DNA from: Nostoc sp. DedSLP01
GTDB taxonomy: Bacteria > Cyanobacteriota > Cyanobacteriia > Cyanobacteriales > Nostocaceae
Assembly (NCBI GenBank): GCA_034530875.2
Contig: JAVRCJ020000037.1
Span: 1 to 64,000, forward strand
Direction: 5' to 3'
Length of the DNA: 64,000 nucleotides
Shown here: positions 40,901 to 50,845 of the stretch, piece after piece
Layout of the letters: the number at the start of each line of letters is the position of its first letter
Numbering within the stretch: the stretch's first letter is position 1
Translations under genes and position numbers: made by a program
The notes under the pieces: model-generated
The model's database searches: none
What the model was told of the DNA's origin: nothing
What the model saw: the letters and a program-made list of their open reading frames with translations, nothing else

Positions 40901-42689
40901 TGCCCATACCTTTTTTTTCTAAAGCATCGGCCACAGCCCTGCCCAATTTCTCTACCCAATTTATATAAAACTGCTGGACTACGGGCAAGGTTTTATATTG
41001 GCTAACTGGATCTTCCAGCGCTGGTAGTAATTCCTTATTCACCATCGAACTCTTACCCACTCCAGATTGTCCGTGAATCACTATTAATTTGCGATCGCTC
41101 CGGGAAATTCTCTCTTTAATCAAGTAATTAACTTCTTGCTGACGACGAGCAGAAGTAGCGATTTCCGAGTTATTTACTGACTGGGTAGATGGTAGCAATG
41201 CCGAGCTAATTAGCTGTTGCTTTAAAGGTAGCGGATCTGCACCGATGAAGGCTCGAAAGCCATGCTGATGTTCGATTTGACGTTTTTGCTGTTTGCTTTG
41301 AAAAGCTTTGAGATATTGACCTTGCTGAAAGTAAAGCGATCGCAATTCCTCTAAAATCCGAATATAAACCATTGGATTATACTCAGGTTTACTTTCTGCT
41401 CTGGCAGTTTCTAAGTTTTTAATTGCTTCTGCAACTTCACCGAGATGCAGTTGTGCTTGAGCCAATAATAATAAATACCAACCGCCATGAGATTGCCAAG
41501 CCTGAGCTAAACTTGTACTCTGCTGTAGGTAACAATAATTGAGGGCTGGCTCTGCGGCATTTGCGAGAATGTACTGTGCTTTTTCAGTATATTGCTGTGC
41601 TTGTTGCCAAGCGGATTTTGTCAGTGCAACCTCGGCTAATAAGCCATAACTGTAAGCAAGTCTGATGGGATGAAAATATTCTTGATGTAAATCTCGCGCT
41701 TTATTAGCAATATCTTCCAATTCATGCCATTGGTTTAATTTTTGTAAAACCAAGCCTAAAGCATTGATAAACTTCGCCTCTAAATCGGGGCGGCTAGCTT
41801 GTTGGAATACCTTAAGCGATCGCTGATAATAATCTTTGGCTGTAGTACAAGATTGCTGATACTGGGAACGGTGACGCACGCCGTATGTCAGCCACCAAAG
41901 TCCCAAGCAAAATAGCGAACATCCTTGCCATTCTGGAGAATTGGACTTTTCCCAAAATTCTAAACTTTTTTTATAGTGTTCTAGAGATTGTTCCATTGAG
42001 TTGGAAGCATCTCGTCCCAAAACAAATTCTAAACTGGCTTCTAGCTCTGGTTGCAAATTGACGCCACGGCGTTGTAAATCTTTCGTAGCTGATTCCAACT
42101 CAAAGCGACGAGACGAACCAACGCCTAAATTCAAGGCTGCATTGTCTACAAATGTATCTGCACCCACTTCTATAACTGTGGCAAATACCTCATTTGCTGT
42201 TTGTTGCAAAAACTCAAGTAACTCATCGCTGTTGAGTTCAAATACAATTGTTGTCGCCCAACTCTCGAAATCTGGCGTCAAGCGAATCAGCTTTTGCAAT
42301 ACTCGGTCGTTCACCCACAACAATAAGGGAAAGGGAAAATTTTTGCTAAATTCCTCTCTGACTTGATTGGTAGAAGTGAGTACGGTATCGATATCGCTGA
42401 CTGCATCTAAACCAAATAACATCAATGCTGGTGGCTGTTCGCAACCAAGCTCTGCCTGAATGGTAGTATAAAGCGTCTTCACAGACTCAGGGACAATTAA
42501 CTCGCGAATTTTGACAGTTGCAATATCCCGCAGTCGTTGTACCATGCGTTCGCGTAGAACTGCGTAGTTACAACGTAAAAAGATTAACGAAAATTGTCCT
42601 TGAGAACGAGCGATCGCTCGCACTAGCGCCTGTAATGAACTCTCGTTATCGGCAGCGAAATTTTCTGTTTGATGTGAATTAGTCATCAC
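37956..42689 (-). CDS. Degenerate-NTPase/TPR, STAND NTPase (nSTAND1-like) and WD40 repeat protein
   Basis: TPR-like helices, Walker A GQSGVGKSS, Walker B LIFDQFEEFF, LREDYL, YHLVHDYL, about 14 WD40 repeats. Confidence 0.9.
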   Translation of the reverse strand: MMTNSHQTENFAADNESSLQALVRAIARSQGQFSLIFLRCNYAVLRERMVQRLRDIATVKIRELIVPESVKTLYTTIQAELGCEQPPALMLFGLDAVSDIDTVLTSTNQVREEFSKNFPFPLLLWVNDRVLQKLIRLTPDFESWATTIVFELNSDELLEFLQQTANEVFATVIEVGADTFVDNAALNLGVGSSRRFELESATKDLQRRGVNLQPELEASLEFVLGRDASNSMEQSLEHYKKSLEFWEKSNSPEWQGCSLFCLGLWWLTYGVRHRSQYQQSCTTAKDYYQRSLKVFQQASRPDLEAKFINALGLVLQKLNQWHELEDIANKARDLHQEYFHPIRLAYSYGLLAEVALTKSAWQQAQQYTEKAQYILANAAEPALNYCYLQQSTSLAQAWQSHGGWYLLLLAQAQLHLGEVAEAIKNLETARAESKPEYNPMVYIRILEELRSLYFQQGQYLKAFQSKQQKRQIEHQHGFRAFIGADPLPLKQQLISSALLPSTQSVNNSEIATSARRQQEVNYLIKERISRSDRKLIVIHGQSGVGKSSMVNKELLPALEDPVSQYKTLPVVQQFYINWVEKLGRAVADALEKKGMGIPAIPNTAEDIIAQLQNHKNRNLLTVLIFDQFEEFFFVCTEPFQRKPFYEFLHTCLNLPRVKIILLLREDYLHYLLEWERFTSLNIINNDILSKNIRYSLKEFSPEDAKLNIQSLTARSQFHFEPQLIDALVKDLAGDLGIVRPIELQILGSQLEEDNITTLEQYQQLGSNSKTKLVERYLEQVIQDCGVENKRIAQLILFLLTDENGTRPLKTRAELIEKIETAGLQLKTEQLDLVLEILVGAGFVFRVREQPADRYHLVHDYLVAFIRQQQEPELLEELKLTKFQEKQERKRAEIAEIEALSALSQALLLSHDQLGALVAAVRAGRKLQEIPALVDIKLKHKTVANLQQAVCEIQERNRLQGHSARILSVSFSPDGQTIASASDDNTIKLWQRDGSLVKTLQGHSLGVNSVSFSPDGQMLASASTDKTVKLWRLNDSQLLSTFTEHSDWVFSVSFSPNGQTIASASDDGTVKLWKLDGTEIKTLVGHNARVRSVSFSPDGKIIASASDDGTVKLWNLNGTVIQTLLGHTARVRCVRFSPDGQIIASASDDKTVKLWNLNGTQVQTLLGHSDRVRSVSFSADGQTIASASDDSKVKLWSLDGILLKTLKGHRARSRSVSFSPDTQLLASASDDGTVKLWSLEGIEKPTHQGHTARVSCVSFRSNGQMLASASEDKTVKIWDTCGKIIRTCQGHTDWVRSVTFSPNGQILASASEDKTVKIWSLNGTLLKTLQGHNQRVRSVSFSPNGKIIASASDDQTIKLWHLDGTEISTFSGHSNWIWSVTFSPDGQTIASASDDKTVKLWNLEGLELRTFQGHQNWVRSVSFSPDGKAIASASDDGTVKLWSIDGRELQTFEGHRDAVNSVTFSPDGKFIASASDDKTVKLWNLAGKDIQTFHGHNNCVNSVSFSPDGKFIASASDGKTVRIWKINHLDAPTELDALLVRGCEWLHAYLSTNPCISESDRYLCNDIQRFSDRHSRNC

Positions 42690-43993
42690 TGCAACTCTTT
42701 TGCTTGTGCCAAAATCGGATTAATATCAAACCACAAATCGTCTTGATACCGATATTCAAAGACAAACATACTGTGTATCAAACTTTGGTATCTCGGATCT
42801 CCTCTTAAGCCTTTTTCTTGTGCTACTTGATGCAGCAAATCCCACTCATCATCGGTAATTGTATTTTTTAGTGTATTACAGCGTTGCTTAATGACACTTG
42901 CCAAGCAGTTAGATGAAATAGGTAAATCATCTGTTTTTTGCAGGCAAGTTTGCACTAACATGAGCAAGGTACGGACGTGACCGCCGCTAAATCTACATAG
43001 TTGTTTTAAAGTCTCAGGACTATCAAAAACCTCGGCGATTAAATTACGGCTATTTTCCCAGCTGACACCAGGAAAAGCTCTCGCCATGACTAACTGTTGC
43101 AGTAGAACGATACCCCGGGAAAATTCCGAACTATCCTTTAGTTGTACGGGAACCATCGGCAAAACTTTCGGCTCTACCCCAAATCGATCTGTTAGCCTTC
43201 CTAAGACGTTGGAAAAAATTAAGACTAGGGGAATTGTATAAACTAGGTGACAATTCAATTGTTTTAACTGTTCGCCTCGGTCTACAAATAAATATTCTGC
43301 CTGACTAGAACCTGAAGGCTTCATGGAATTATGTAATTTTTCCAAATTATCAACAATTACCACCAGTCCTTTTTTACCTTGCCACTTGAGTTTTTCAATG
43401 GCAGGTTCTAGCACTTCTCGGTTAATTGCTTCTAAAAGTCGATTCGTTTGTGGCTCTAGAAAATATCTTAACTGGCTCCGAAGTCTGGGACTATCTTTAG
43501 TTTTAGCTGTAACTTTAGCAATATTGCCAGGAATAGAAAGCTCTACATCAGTTATATCGACTGGTGTTTGTAAAATCTCGGCAATTTCTCGAAATAAATT
43601 GGCAAAATATCCTGATGCGAGCTTAATTTTAATACCTTCTAAGCTTTGAGTCACCTCACGAGCGATCGCTAATAAAATATCTGTAATATCAACATCCGCC
43701 ATATCCATATCGTTGCTAGAGTTGAAATAAACTACATGAAAACCTTGCAGTTCTAACTCTGCTTTGAGCCGTTGTAACTCTGTGGACTTACCACAGCCGA
43801 CATGTCCTGTAAATAGTTGGCAGGTTGGTTTATCCGGCGAATAAAGTGCGATCGCTCGTTCTAATTCGGCAATAATTTTACCACCGCGCACTGAGGAAAA
43901 ATCAATATAGTATTGCCGATCCTCTGCATTCCCTACCACAAGGGTTTTGCTGGGGTCGCACGCTTGATAAAATTTTGTTAAATCTAATTTCAT
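42686..43993 (-). CDS. P-loop ATPase coupled to the STAND-WD40 gene
   Basis: FTGHVGCGKSTEL, VIVDNLEK, SGGHVR; 4-bp ATGA overlap with the next gene. Confidence 0.9.
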   Translation of the reverse strand: MKLDLTKFYQACDPSKTLVVGNAEDRQYYIDFSSVRGGKIIAELERAIALYSPDKPTCQLFTGHVGCGKSTELQRLKAELELQGFHVVYFNSSNDMDMADVDITDILLAIAREVTQSLEGIKIKLASGYFANLFREIAEILQTPVDITDVELSIPGNIAKVTAKTKDSPRLRSQLRYFLEPQTNRLLEAINREVLEPAIEKLKWQGKKGLVVIVDNLEKLHNSMKPSGSSQAEYLFVDRGEQLKQLNCHLVYTIPLVLIFSNVLGRLTDRFGVEPKVLPMVPVQLKDSSEFSRGIVLLQQLVMARAFPGVSWENSRNLIAEVFDSPETLKQLCRFSGGHVRTLLMLVQTCLQKTDDLPISSNCLASVIKQRCNTLKNTITDDEWDLLHQVAQEKGLRGDPRYQSLIHSMFVFEYRYQDDLWFDINPILAQAKELQ

Positions 43994-44187
43994 AAAAAAT
44001 AATCTGACCGTACCCTTTACATTACATACAGAGCAAAAAATTCCGATTTCGGGTCAGGTGAGAGCAAAAAAATTAATAAATATTAAGGTTATCGAAACAA
44101 TCGAGTCAAAAACCGTACTTCGTCCAAAGTTTTTGGAATGGGTTATAAATCCTCCTTACAAAAACGGCCTCCTGCCTCCTGCCTTCG

Positions 44188-45918
44188 TTATTTTTCTGAT
44201 TCAGGAGTCTGTTTGTGGGAATGGCGATCGCGGTTTTGAAATGCAGCGATCGCAGTATGCAAGGTAAGAAAAACGTGTTCGGGGCCAATTTTTTGTAAAA
44301 GTTGCGATCGCTTTAGTTGTTTGTAAAGATCCTGTTTGACACGCGTCATCGCCAAGGTAATCCCTTTAGCGGCTAATTCACCGTGCAATTGTGCTAGTGC
44401 GTCGATGGCAGTAATATCAACTTCGACAATTGCTTCTGTATTGAGTACAAACCACTCTACAGGAGTTTTCTCGGCTTCAATTGCCAACAATGCCCTGCGC
44501 TTGAAGTGTTCCACATTCGCAAAACAAAGAGGAGCATCATAGCGATAAATTACTAAACCTGGGATAGTTTTGGCTCCTTCCCAATCTTCAATATCGTGTA
44601 AACCAGGTAAATCCGGCACTTCTCCCAAAACTGCATCGTGTGGTCGTGCTACCCTGGCAAATAAATCAATCACAGATAAACCCACAGCGATACCAACACC
44701 AACCAAAATATCTGTGAGTAAAACTCCAAAGATTGTAGCCACCGCCAAGAATAACTCACTGCGGCGAAATTGTATCAATCTGAGAAATTCTGGAATTTCA
44801 ATCAGTTTCGTAGCTGCATAGATGACAATCGCCCCCAATGCTGCTTTAGGAAACTCTGCCAGCAAGGGTCTGAGGAATAATAGCACCAAGATGACAACAA
44901 CAAAAGCAACTAAAGAAAACGCCTGACTTTTGCTTCCTAATGAGTTGGCGATCGCAGTGCGGCTACCGCTACTACTAATTGGAAAACCCTGCATCAATCC
45001 GTTTCCCAGATTCGAGATTCCTAAAGCCAAAAGTTCTTGATTGGCGTCAATTTTCTCGCGATTGCGGCTAGCAAATGCCCTTGCTGTGAGTACATTATCT
45101 GAATAGCCAACTACCGCAATCCCAATGGCAGAAGCTACGAGTGTTAATAAATCTTGAGTCGGTAATTTGGGTAAAGCCAAATGAGGTAAGCCAGCCGGAA
45201 TCTCTCCCACTACCGCTACCCCTTGTCGGTCGAGATGAAATAACCCTACGCTAGCCGTTGCTAATAACACTGCTAACAAAGGCCCCGGCGCAGTTGGAAA
45301 GCGACGCTGAATTATGAATAAGAAAGCTAAGACTAAAACTCCTAAAATTAAGGTTGGCTGATGAATTCGCTCTAGTTTGCTAAAGAATTCACCTACTTGC
45401 CCAAAAACAGTATTTGCCTCAATTTGAATGCCGCTAATTTTACCTAGCTGCCCTGCAATCATAATTACGGCAACCCCTGCCATATAACCAATCAGAATCG
45501 GTTTCGATAAAAGGTCTGCGAGAAATCCCAAACGGGCAATGTAGCCAATTATGCATATAACTCCCACCATCAGAGCCACCAGAGAAGCCAGACTTGCATA
45601 ATTACTATCATTAGATGCAACCACAGGAGCGATCGCTGCTGCTGTCATGACTGCCGTCGTCGATTCTGGCCCTACTGAGAGTCGGGGTGAAGATCCTAAC
45701 AAACTATAAATAATTATTGGCGGCAGAATTGCCCACAATCCTACAATAGGTTGCACCCCTGCCAATTCCCCATAAGCCATGCACTGCGGAATTAAGTAAG
45801 CGGCTACCGTTACACCTGCCAGTACATCAGGAAGCAACCACCCTCGCTGGTAAGACAGCAACCGTTTCAACCCCGGTATGCTTGGCAAGGTTACTTGATG
45901 TTTTTTGAACATATACAA
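44188..45918 (-). CDS. SulP/SLC26 anion transporter with STAS domain
   Basis: DVLAGVTVAAYLIPQCMAY, SVGP, DANQEL, SGSRT, YRYDAPLCFAN. Confidence 0.93.
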   Translation of the reverse strand: MYMFKKHQVTLPSIPGLKRLLSYQRGWLLPDVLAGVTVAAYLIPQCMAYGELAGVQPIVGLWAILPPIIIYSLLGSSPRLSVGPESTTAVMTAAAIAPVVASNDSNYASLASLVALMVGVICIIGYIARLGFLADLLSKPILIGYMAGVAVIMIAGQLGKISGIQIEANTVFGQVGEFFSKLERIHQPTLILGVLVLAFLFIIQRRFPTAPGPLLAVLLATASVGLFHLDRQGVAVVGEIPAGLPHLALPKLPTQDLLTLVASAIGIAVVGYSDNVLTARAFASRNREKIDANQELLALGISNLGNGLMQGFPISSSGSRTAIANSLGSKSQAFSLVAFVVVILVLLFLRPLLAEFPKAALGAIVIYAATKLIEIPEFLRLIQFRRSELFLAVATIFGVLLTDILVGVGIAVGLSVIDLFARVARPHDAVLGEVPDLPGLHDIEDWEGAKTIPGLVIYRYDAPLCFANVEHFKRRALLAIEAEKTPVEWFVLNTEAIVEVDITAIDALAQLHGELAAKGITLAMTRVKQDLYKQLKRSQLLQKIGPEHVFLTLHTAIAAFQNRDRHSHKQTPESEK

Positions 45919-46052
45919 CGTAGATGGGACTGGTATTTAGTTATCAGAAGATAATAATTAGTTTAAGAGAAAGTTAAGACAAATTTTCTACGAGCAGCTG
46001 CACTAGCGGCACATCAGCGACTGCCTCCTGCCTCCTTCAATGGCTTTGGATT

Positions 46053-46206
46053 AACGTGAATTCGACGGTTTATATAGTGTCCGTCTAATTAGCCAAATAA
46101 AAAACCTCTCCCTGGTTTTACGTAGTAAAACCGTCCCTCTCCGATTCGGAGAGGGACAGACTTGAACACTAGTTCAAGACAGGGAGAGGTTCGTCGAATT
46201 CACATT
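46053..46206. mobile_element. MITE-like element
   Basis: AACGTGAATTCGACG ... CGTCGAATTCACATT inverted ends; related to 1779-1933. Confidence 0.75.
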
Positions 46207-46209
46207 GGA

Positions 46210-48678
46210 TTAAAGGGTTTTCCTTTTGCCGTTTAAAGCTGCCAAAATAGTCTCTATTAGTACATCTGGCTCAATTGGTTTGGAAATATGGGCTTGAAAT
46301 CCTGCGGCTAGTGCTTTAAGTCGATCGCTTTCTCCGGCATAAGCAGTCAAAGCGATGGCGGGAATTTCTTTGCTGCTATTGGGTGCGTGGTTTCTAATTT
46401 GACGAATTAGCGTATAGCCATCGATATCGGGCATTCCAATATCGCTAATTAATAAATCAAATTTTGCTTCTTGCCAACTACTCAAAGCTTCACTCGCTGA
46501 ATTCGCTTCAGTCACCCGCGCCCCGTATTGTTCTAGCAAAAAGGCGATGAACTCGCGTGAATCTCTGTCATCATCTACCAGCAGCGTTTGCAATCCATTA
46601 AAATTGAACTCTGAGGAATTATCAGATACGGTATCATCGCCATCCAATTTTGCGGTAGGGATGAGTGGCAGCTTGACTGTAAAAGTTGCTCCTTGTCCTT
46701 CCCCCGGACTGGCGGCCTCAACCGTTCCTCCATGCAATTCGATCAAATGACGCACGATCGCTAAACCTAATCCCAACCCTCCAAATTTTCGGGTGGTTGT
46801 CCCATCAGCTTGGCGGAAGTAGTCAAACACGTAGGGCAAAAAGTCAGCAGAAATGCCCCTGCCATTGTCGCTGACAACGATTTGCGCGTATTCCAAAGGA
46901 TGAATATCGACTTCATTTACCTTTTCTAATCGCACCTCTACTCGGCCGCCCTGTGGGGTAAATTTAATCGCATTGGCCAGTAGATTCCAAATCACTTGTT
47001 GCAGGCGACCGGAATCGCCCAATACTTGCCCAATGTTTGGTTCAAAGATTGTTTCAATTTGAATCGATTTCGCTTCAGCAGCGAGTTGCACGGTTTCCAG
47101 GGCCGCTTTGATGGTAAAAGTCAGACTAACTGGAACCGTGTTCAAATTCAACTTACCTTGGAGAATCCGCGAGACATCAAGCAAATCTTCAATCAATTGC
47201 GCTTGTAATTTGGCATTGCGCTCGATGGTTTTCAGGGCGTACTCAGTTTTGGCTGCGTCTTGTTGGGTGGTTTGCAGAATTTTTGCCCAACCCAGAATCG
47301 GATTGAGGGGCGATCGCAATTCATGGGACAGCACCGCCAGAAATTCGTCTTTGATGCAATTGGCCTGACGCAGTTGGTCGGCTTGCTGCTGTAACGATGT
47401 CAAAAGCTGCCCCCGGTCTAAGGCAATTGCTATCTGGTCGCATAATGTCTGCATTAAGTTAATTTCTGCGGACGTAAATTGCTGGCGGCGCCGGCTGCCA
47501 AACGATAGCGTCCCAAATATATGCCCCTGAGCAATCAGCGGTTGGCAGGAGTAGGCAGTGATTCCCAGGGAGCGAATCAAAGCAGTTGTGCAATCGTTTG
47601 AATTTTGAATAGCTGCACAGACAATTTGATTTTTGCCTTGAGCAGTCATCCCGCAGACCTCTTGTCCATACTCCAACCATTCAATCTCTTGGGCAACGGC
47701 TGCATCGATGCCTTCATAAGATGCTAGATGAAGCTGGTGGCGATCGCGATCGATCAGGTAATTGAAGAAAACATCTAACTCTAACACCTCTTTGAGCTTT
47801 CTAAATAAGCTATGAATTAACGTTAGAGGTTGTTCGGTAGAAAGTAAATCCCGTGTAGTTTCATAGAGCAAATCCAGGCGTTGATTGCGTTCTTGTAAAA
47901 TAATTTCTGCTTGCTGGCGTTCGTTTTCGATTTGCTTGCGCTCGGTAATATCAGAGAGGATAAAAACCGCACCAGTCAGAATTCCTTCGTCGTCAAATAC
48001 CGGGTCAATAGTTTTGGTAAACCAGCGCCCCTGAGACTGAAATTCTAGAATTTGCCGTTGGTGAGTTTCTTTAGCAAGGCGAAAGCAAGTGCCGTTAAGG
48101 ATTCCCGATTCTACCTTGAGCAACTCATGGTAAGGACGACCCAAAATTTCACTGGGATGCTTGCCCACGAGCTCCATCATCGCGCGATTAGAGCGCAGAA
48201 TTATAGCTTCTCGGTCTACCAAACATACGCCATCTTTGATGGCATCAAAAGTCGTTTGCCATTCCCGCGCTGAGGACAAAGCAGACTCTTCTGCTCTACG
48301 GATTCGTAGCAGCGATCGCACTGTGGCAACTAGTTCAATCGGTTCGACTGGTTGCGCTAGATAGGCATCAGCACCACTGTCTAAGCCTTCTGCTTTATCT
48401 TGGCTGCGAACAAAACTTGCAGAAAGATGTAGCACTGGAATAAAAGCTGTTTCGGGGTTGGCCTTTATTTGGCGACAAACTTCAAAACCGCCCAAATCTG
48501 GTAATTTCACATCCAGAATCACCAGCGCTGGCTGCAACCGAGCAACAGCTTCTAATCCTGAAGCTCCGCTTTCTGCTTCCACGATGTTAAAGCCTGCATT
48601 TTGCAAAATCCGGGTCACAATGTAACGATTGGCTTCGTTATCGTCAACATGGAGAATTGTAACCCGTGGCTCAGACAT
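46210..48678 (-). CDS. REC-PAS-GAF-HisKA-HATPase-REC hybrid kinase (stressosome output)
   Basis: N-terminal receiver HVDD...LDVKLP, LSHELRSPL, GGLGLGL, C-terminal receiver. Confidence 0.92.
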   Translation of the reverse strand: MSEPRVTILHVDDNEANRYIVTRILQNAGFNIVEAESGASGLEAVARLQPALVILDVKLPDLGGFEVCRQIKANPETAFIPVLHLSASFVRSQDKAEGLDSGADAYLAQPVEPIELVATVRSLLRIRRAEESALSSAREWQTTFDAIKDGVCLVDREAIILRSNRAMMELVGKHPSEILGRPYHELLKVESGILNGTCFRLAKETHQRQILEFQSQGRWFTKTIDPVFDDEGILTGAVFILSDITERKQIENERQQAEIILQERNQRLDLLYETTRDLLSTEQPLTLIHSLFRKLKEVLELDVFFNYLIDRDRHQLHLASYEGIDAAVAQEIEWLEYGQEVCGMTAQGKNQIVCAAIQNSNDCTTALIRSLGITAYSCQPLIAQGHIFGTLSFGSRRRQQFTSAEINLMQTLCDQIAIALDRGQLLTSLQQQADQLRQANCIKDEFLAVLSHELRSPLNPILGWAKILQTTQQDAAKTEYALKTIERNAKLQAQLIEDLLDVSRILQGKLNLNTVPVSLTFTIKAALETVQLAAEAKSIQIETIFEPNIGQVLGDSGRLQQVIWNLLANAIKFTPQGGRVEVRLEKVNEVDIHPLEYAQIVVSDNGRGISADFLPYVFDYFRQADGTTTRKFGGLGLGLAIVRHLIELHGGTVEAASPGEGQGATFTVKLPLIPTAKLDGDDTVSDNSSEFNFNGLQTLLVDDDRDSREFIAFLLEQYGARVTEANSASEALSSWQEAKFDLLISDIGMPDIDGYTLIRQIRNHAPNSSKEIPAIALTAYAGESDRLKALAAGFQAHISKPIEPDVLIETILAALNGKRKTL

Positions 48679-48688
48679 GACTTTCCCC

Positions 48689-50845
48689 CTAAGTATTTAG
48701 AATAAGTCCAGCTTTGACGAGTGCATCTTCAAGTTGGGCGTAGACGCGAAGCGGCTTGTCGTCAGACATCGCCATTGCTTGCGAACTTGTTTCTTTAGAA
48801 AGAATAGCGATGCTTTGTTTTGCTAAGCACCTTTGCACTTCTGCATCCAGTTGTGCAGATGAGTGGATGATAACAGGAATCGACTGAGTAATGGAATTGT
48901 TCTTCAACTGCTTGAGTACTTCAAATCCATTTAACTCTGGCATCTCTAAGTCAAGTACGATGGCGTTTGGCTGTTCGTGTTCTGCCAAATCTAATCCTTC
49001 CTGCCCGTTCGCAGCTTCTAAAATACTTAATGGCGTATTCACCAATAACTGTTTTACTAAATACCTATAGGTACGGTCATCATCAATTAGTAAGATTTTT
49101 TGATGGCGATCGCCATTAATTAACTTGTTAAGTTTATTCAACAAAAGCAATCTGTCTACAGGCTTAATTAAAAAGCCGTCTGCTCCTAGTGCCAATGCTT
49201 GTTTCTCATTATCAATGATGGTAATCACAACTACAGGGATGGAGCGAGTTGTGGCATCTCCTTTGAGTTCGCGCAAGAACGTCCAGCCATTTTGTCCTTC
49301 TAGCATAATGTCTAGCATAATCGCTGCGGGTCGAACTTGTTGTAAAACAAGCCTTGCCTGAGCTAAAGTGCGAGTCGCAATCAATTGATAAGTTGACTCT
49401 TGCAAGTGCTTTTCATAAATAAATAGTGTTTCTAAATGATCTTCAACTGCCAGAATCGGTAAGCGAGTTGGCTCAATCGCTCGAATTGGTTTCAGGGTAG
49501 GAAATTCAGTTGCGTGTGGGTAGATGAGGGGAATTGATGCTGTAAAGGTGGAGCCTTTCCCAGGTTCGCTGCTGATGGAAATGCTACCTCCGAGGAGCTC
49601 CGTTAGCTTGCGCGATAACGGCAATCCTAAGCCTGTTCCCTTCACCTGCTTTTGTAAAGGAGACTCGATTTGCACAAAATCCTCAAAAATGCGCTCTAGA
49701 TCCGCTGGAGCAATGCCGATGCCTGTATCGGATACGGAAAAGGCCACGAGATGGCCTGTTTGCACGGCACTGACGCGCACTTCTCCCTTTTCGGTAAATT
49801 TGAGGGCATTGGAGACAAAGTTTCTGAGAATTTGAGCAACTTTGCCCTCATCGCTATAAAGTGGGGCAATGTCTTGGGGTTCCTCGACAATCAGGGATAC
49901 GGAGGAGCCTTGAACCAATAAGGGGCGCAGCATCCCGCGCAATGTGGCAAATAATTCGCTGACTTCAAACGAGCTGGCACGCACTTCAATTTTTCCAGCT
50001 TCTACTTTTGCTAAATCCAGCAAGTCGTTGACCATTTCTGATAAGCCGCTGGCTGCTTTTTGGATAAATGTCACCTGCTTTTGTTGCTCGGCAGTTAAAT
50101 CGCCATCCATCCGCGCCAGCAGCATTTGAGAGAGCGACAGAATTGAGTTGAGGGGCGTGCGAAACTCGTGACTCATATTCGAGAGAAAGCGGGTTTTAAG
50201 TTCGTTGACTTTTTGCAGCGAATCTGCTTTCTCATCGAGTTCTGCATACAGGGCAACTACACCACGATTGGTATCTTCGAGTTCGCGGTTGAGCTGAATT
50301 AGTTCTTCTTCGCGCTTGCGCAAATCTGCCATTGCCGAGAGTAATTCCTGGTTTTGGCGTTTGATTTCTTCATAAGGATTTTGGGGCGATCGCTCCATCG
50401 CCGCTTCTCGAATCTGCTGCAATTCGGCATCGGTGAAAGCAGGTGTCCGTTTGGACAAGGTTTTACTCATCACCACTGTTGTTCCCTGTCCCGGCAACGA
50501 TTCAATCTCAAAGAAATCCATGAGTCTGCGAGTGCCGACGATGCCTAATCCCCTGCCTGTATCGGAGGTGTAACCTCCAGCTAAAACCTCTGCTAAATGA
50601 GGAATGCCCTCACCTCGATCTTGAATTTGGATCGCAAACGCTTGCGGCTCTCCGGCCACAGAAAATTCCACAGTTCCACCTTGGGCATACTGAAGGGCGT
50701 TACGGGCAATTTCTGAAACTGCCGTTGCTAATCGTACCCGGTCTTGAGCATCAAAGCCCAACTGCTCGGCGATTTCCCGAGTTAGTTGCCGAGCTTGCAC
50801 GACATCTTGTTCGTAGTGGATGGCGATCGCCAAAAGAATTGTCAT
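48689..50845 (-). CDS. Hybrid kinase with N-terminal RsbT-like HATPase domain and two receivers
   Basis: ATAVSEIARNALQYAQGG...DRGEGI...GLGIVG, then MSHEFRTPL, a HATPase domain and two REC domains. Confidence 0.9.
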   Translation of the reverse strand: MTILLAIAIHYEQDVVQARQLTREIAEQLGFDAQDRVRLATAVSEIARNALQYAQGGTVEFSVAGEPQAFAIQIQDRGEGIPHLAEVLAGGYTSDTGRGLGIVGTRRLMDFFEIESLPGQGTTVVMSKTLSKRTPAFTDAELQQIREAAMERSPQNPYEEIKRQNQELLSAMADLRKREEELIQLNRELEDTNRGVVALYAELDEKADSLQKVNELKTRFLSNMSHEFRTPLNSILSLSQMLLARMDGDLTAEQQKQVTFIQKAASGLSEMVNDLLDLAKVEAGKIEVRASSFEVSELFATLRGMLRPLLVQGSSVSLIVEEPQDIAPLYSDEGKVAQILRNFVSNALKFTEKGEVRVSAVQTGHLVAFSVSDTGIGIAPADLERIFEDFVQIESPLQKQVKGTGLGLPLSRKLTELLGGSISISSEPGKGSTFTASIPLIYPHATEFPTLKPIRAIEPTRLPILAVEDHLETLFIYEKHLQESTYQLIATRTLAQARLVLQQVRPAAIMLDIMLEGQNGWTFLRELKGDATTRSIPVVVITIIDNEKQALALGADGFLIKPVDRLLLLNKLNKLINGDRHQKILLIDDDRTYRYLVKQLLVNTPLSILEAANGQEGLDLAEHEQPNAIVLDLEMPELNGFEVLKQLKNNSITQSIPVIIHSSAQLDAEVQRCLAKQSIAILSKETSSQAMAMSDDKPLRVYAQLEDALVKAGLILNT
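48741..48767. repeat. 27-bp SDR5-like insertion in a HIP1 site
   Basis: GCG-[TAGACGCGAAGCGGCTTGTCGTCAGAC]-ATCGC, in frame. Confidence 0.85.
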
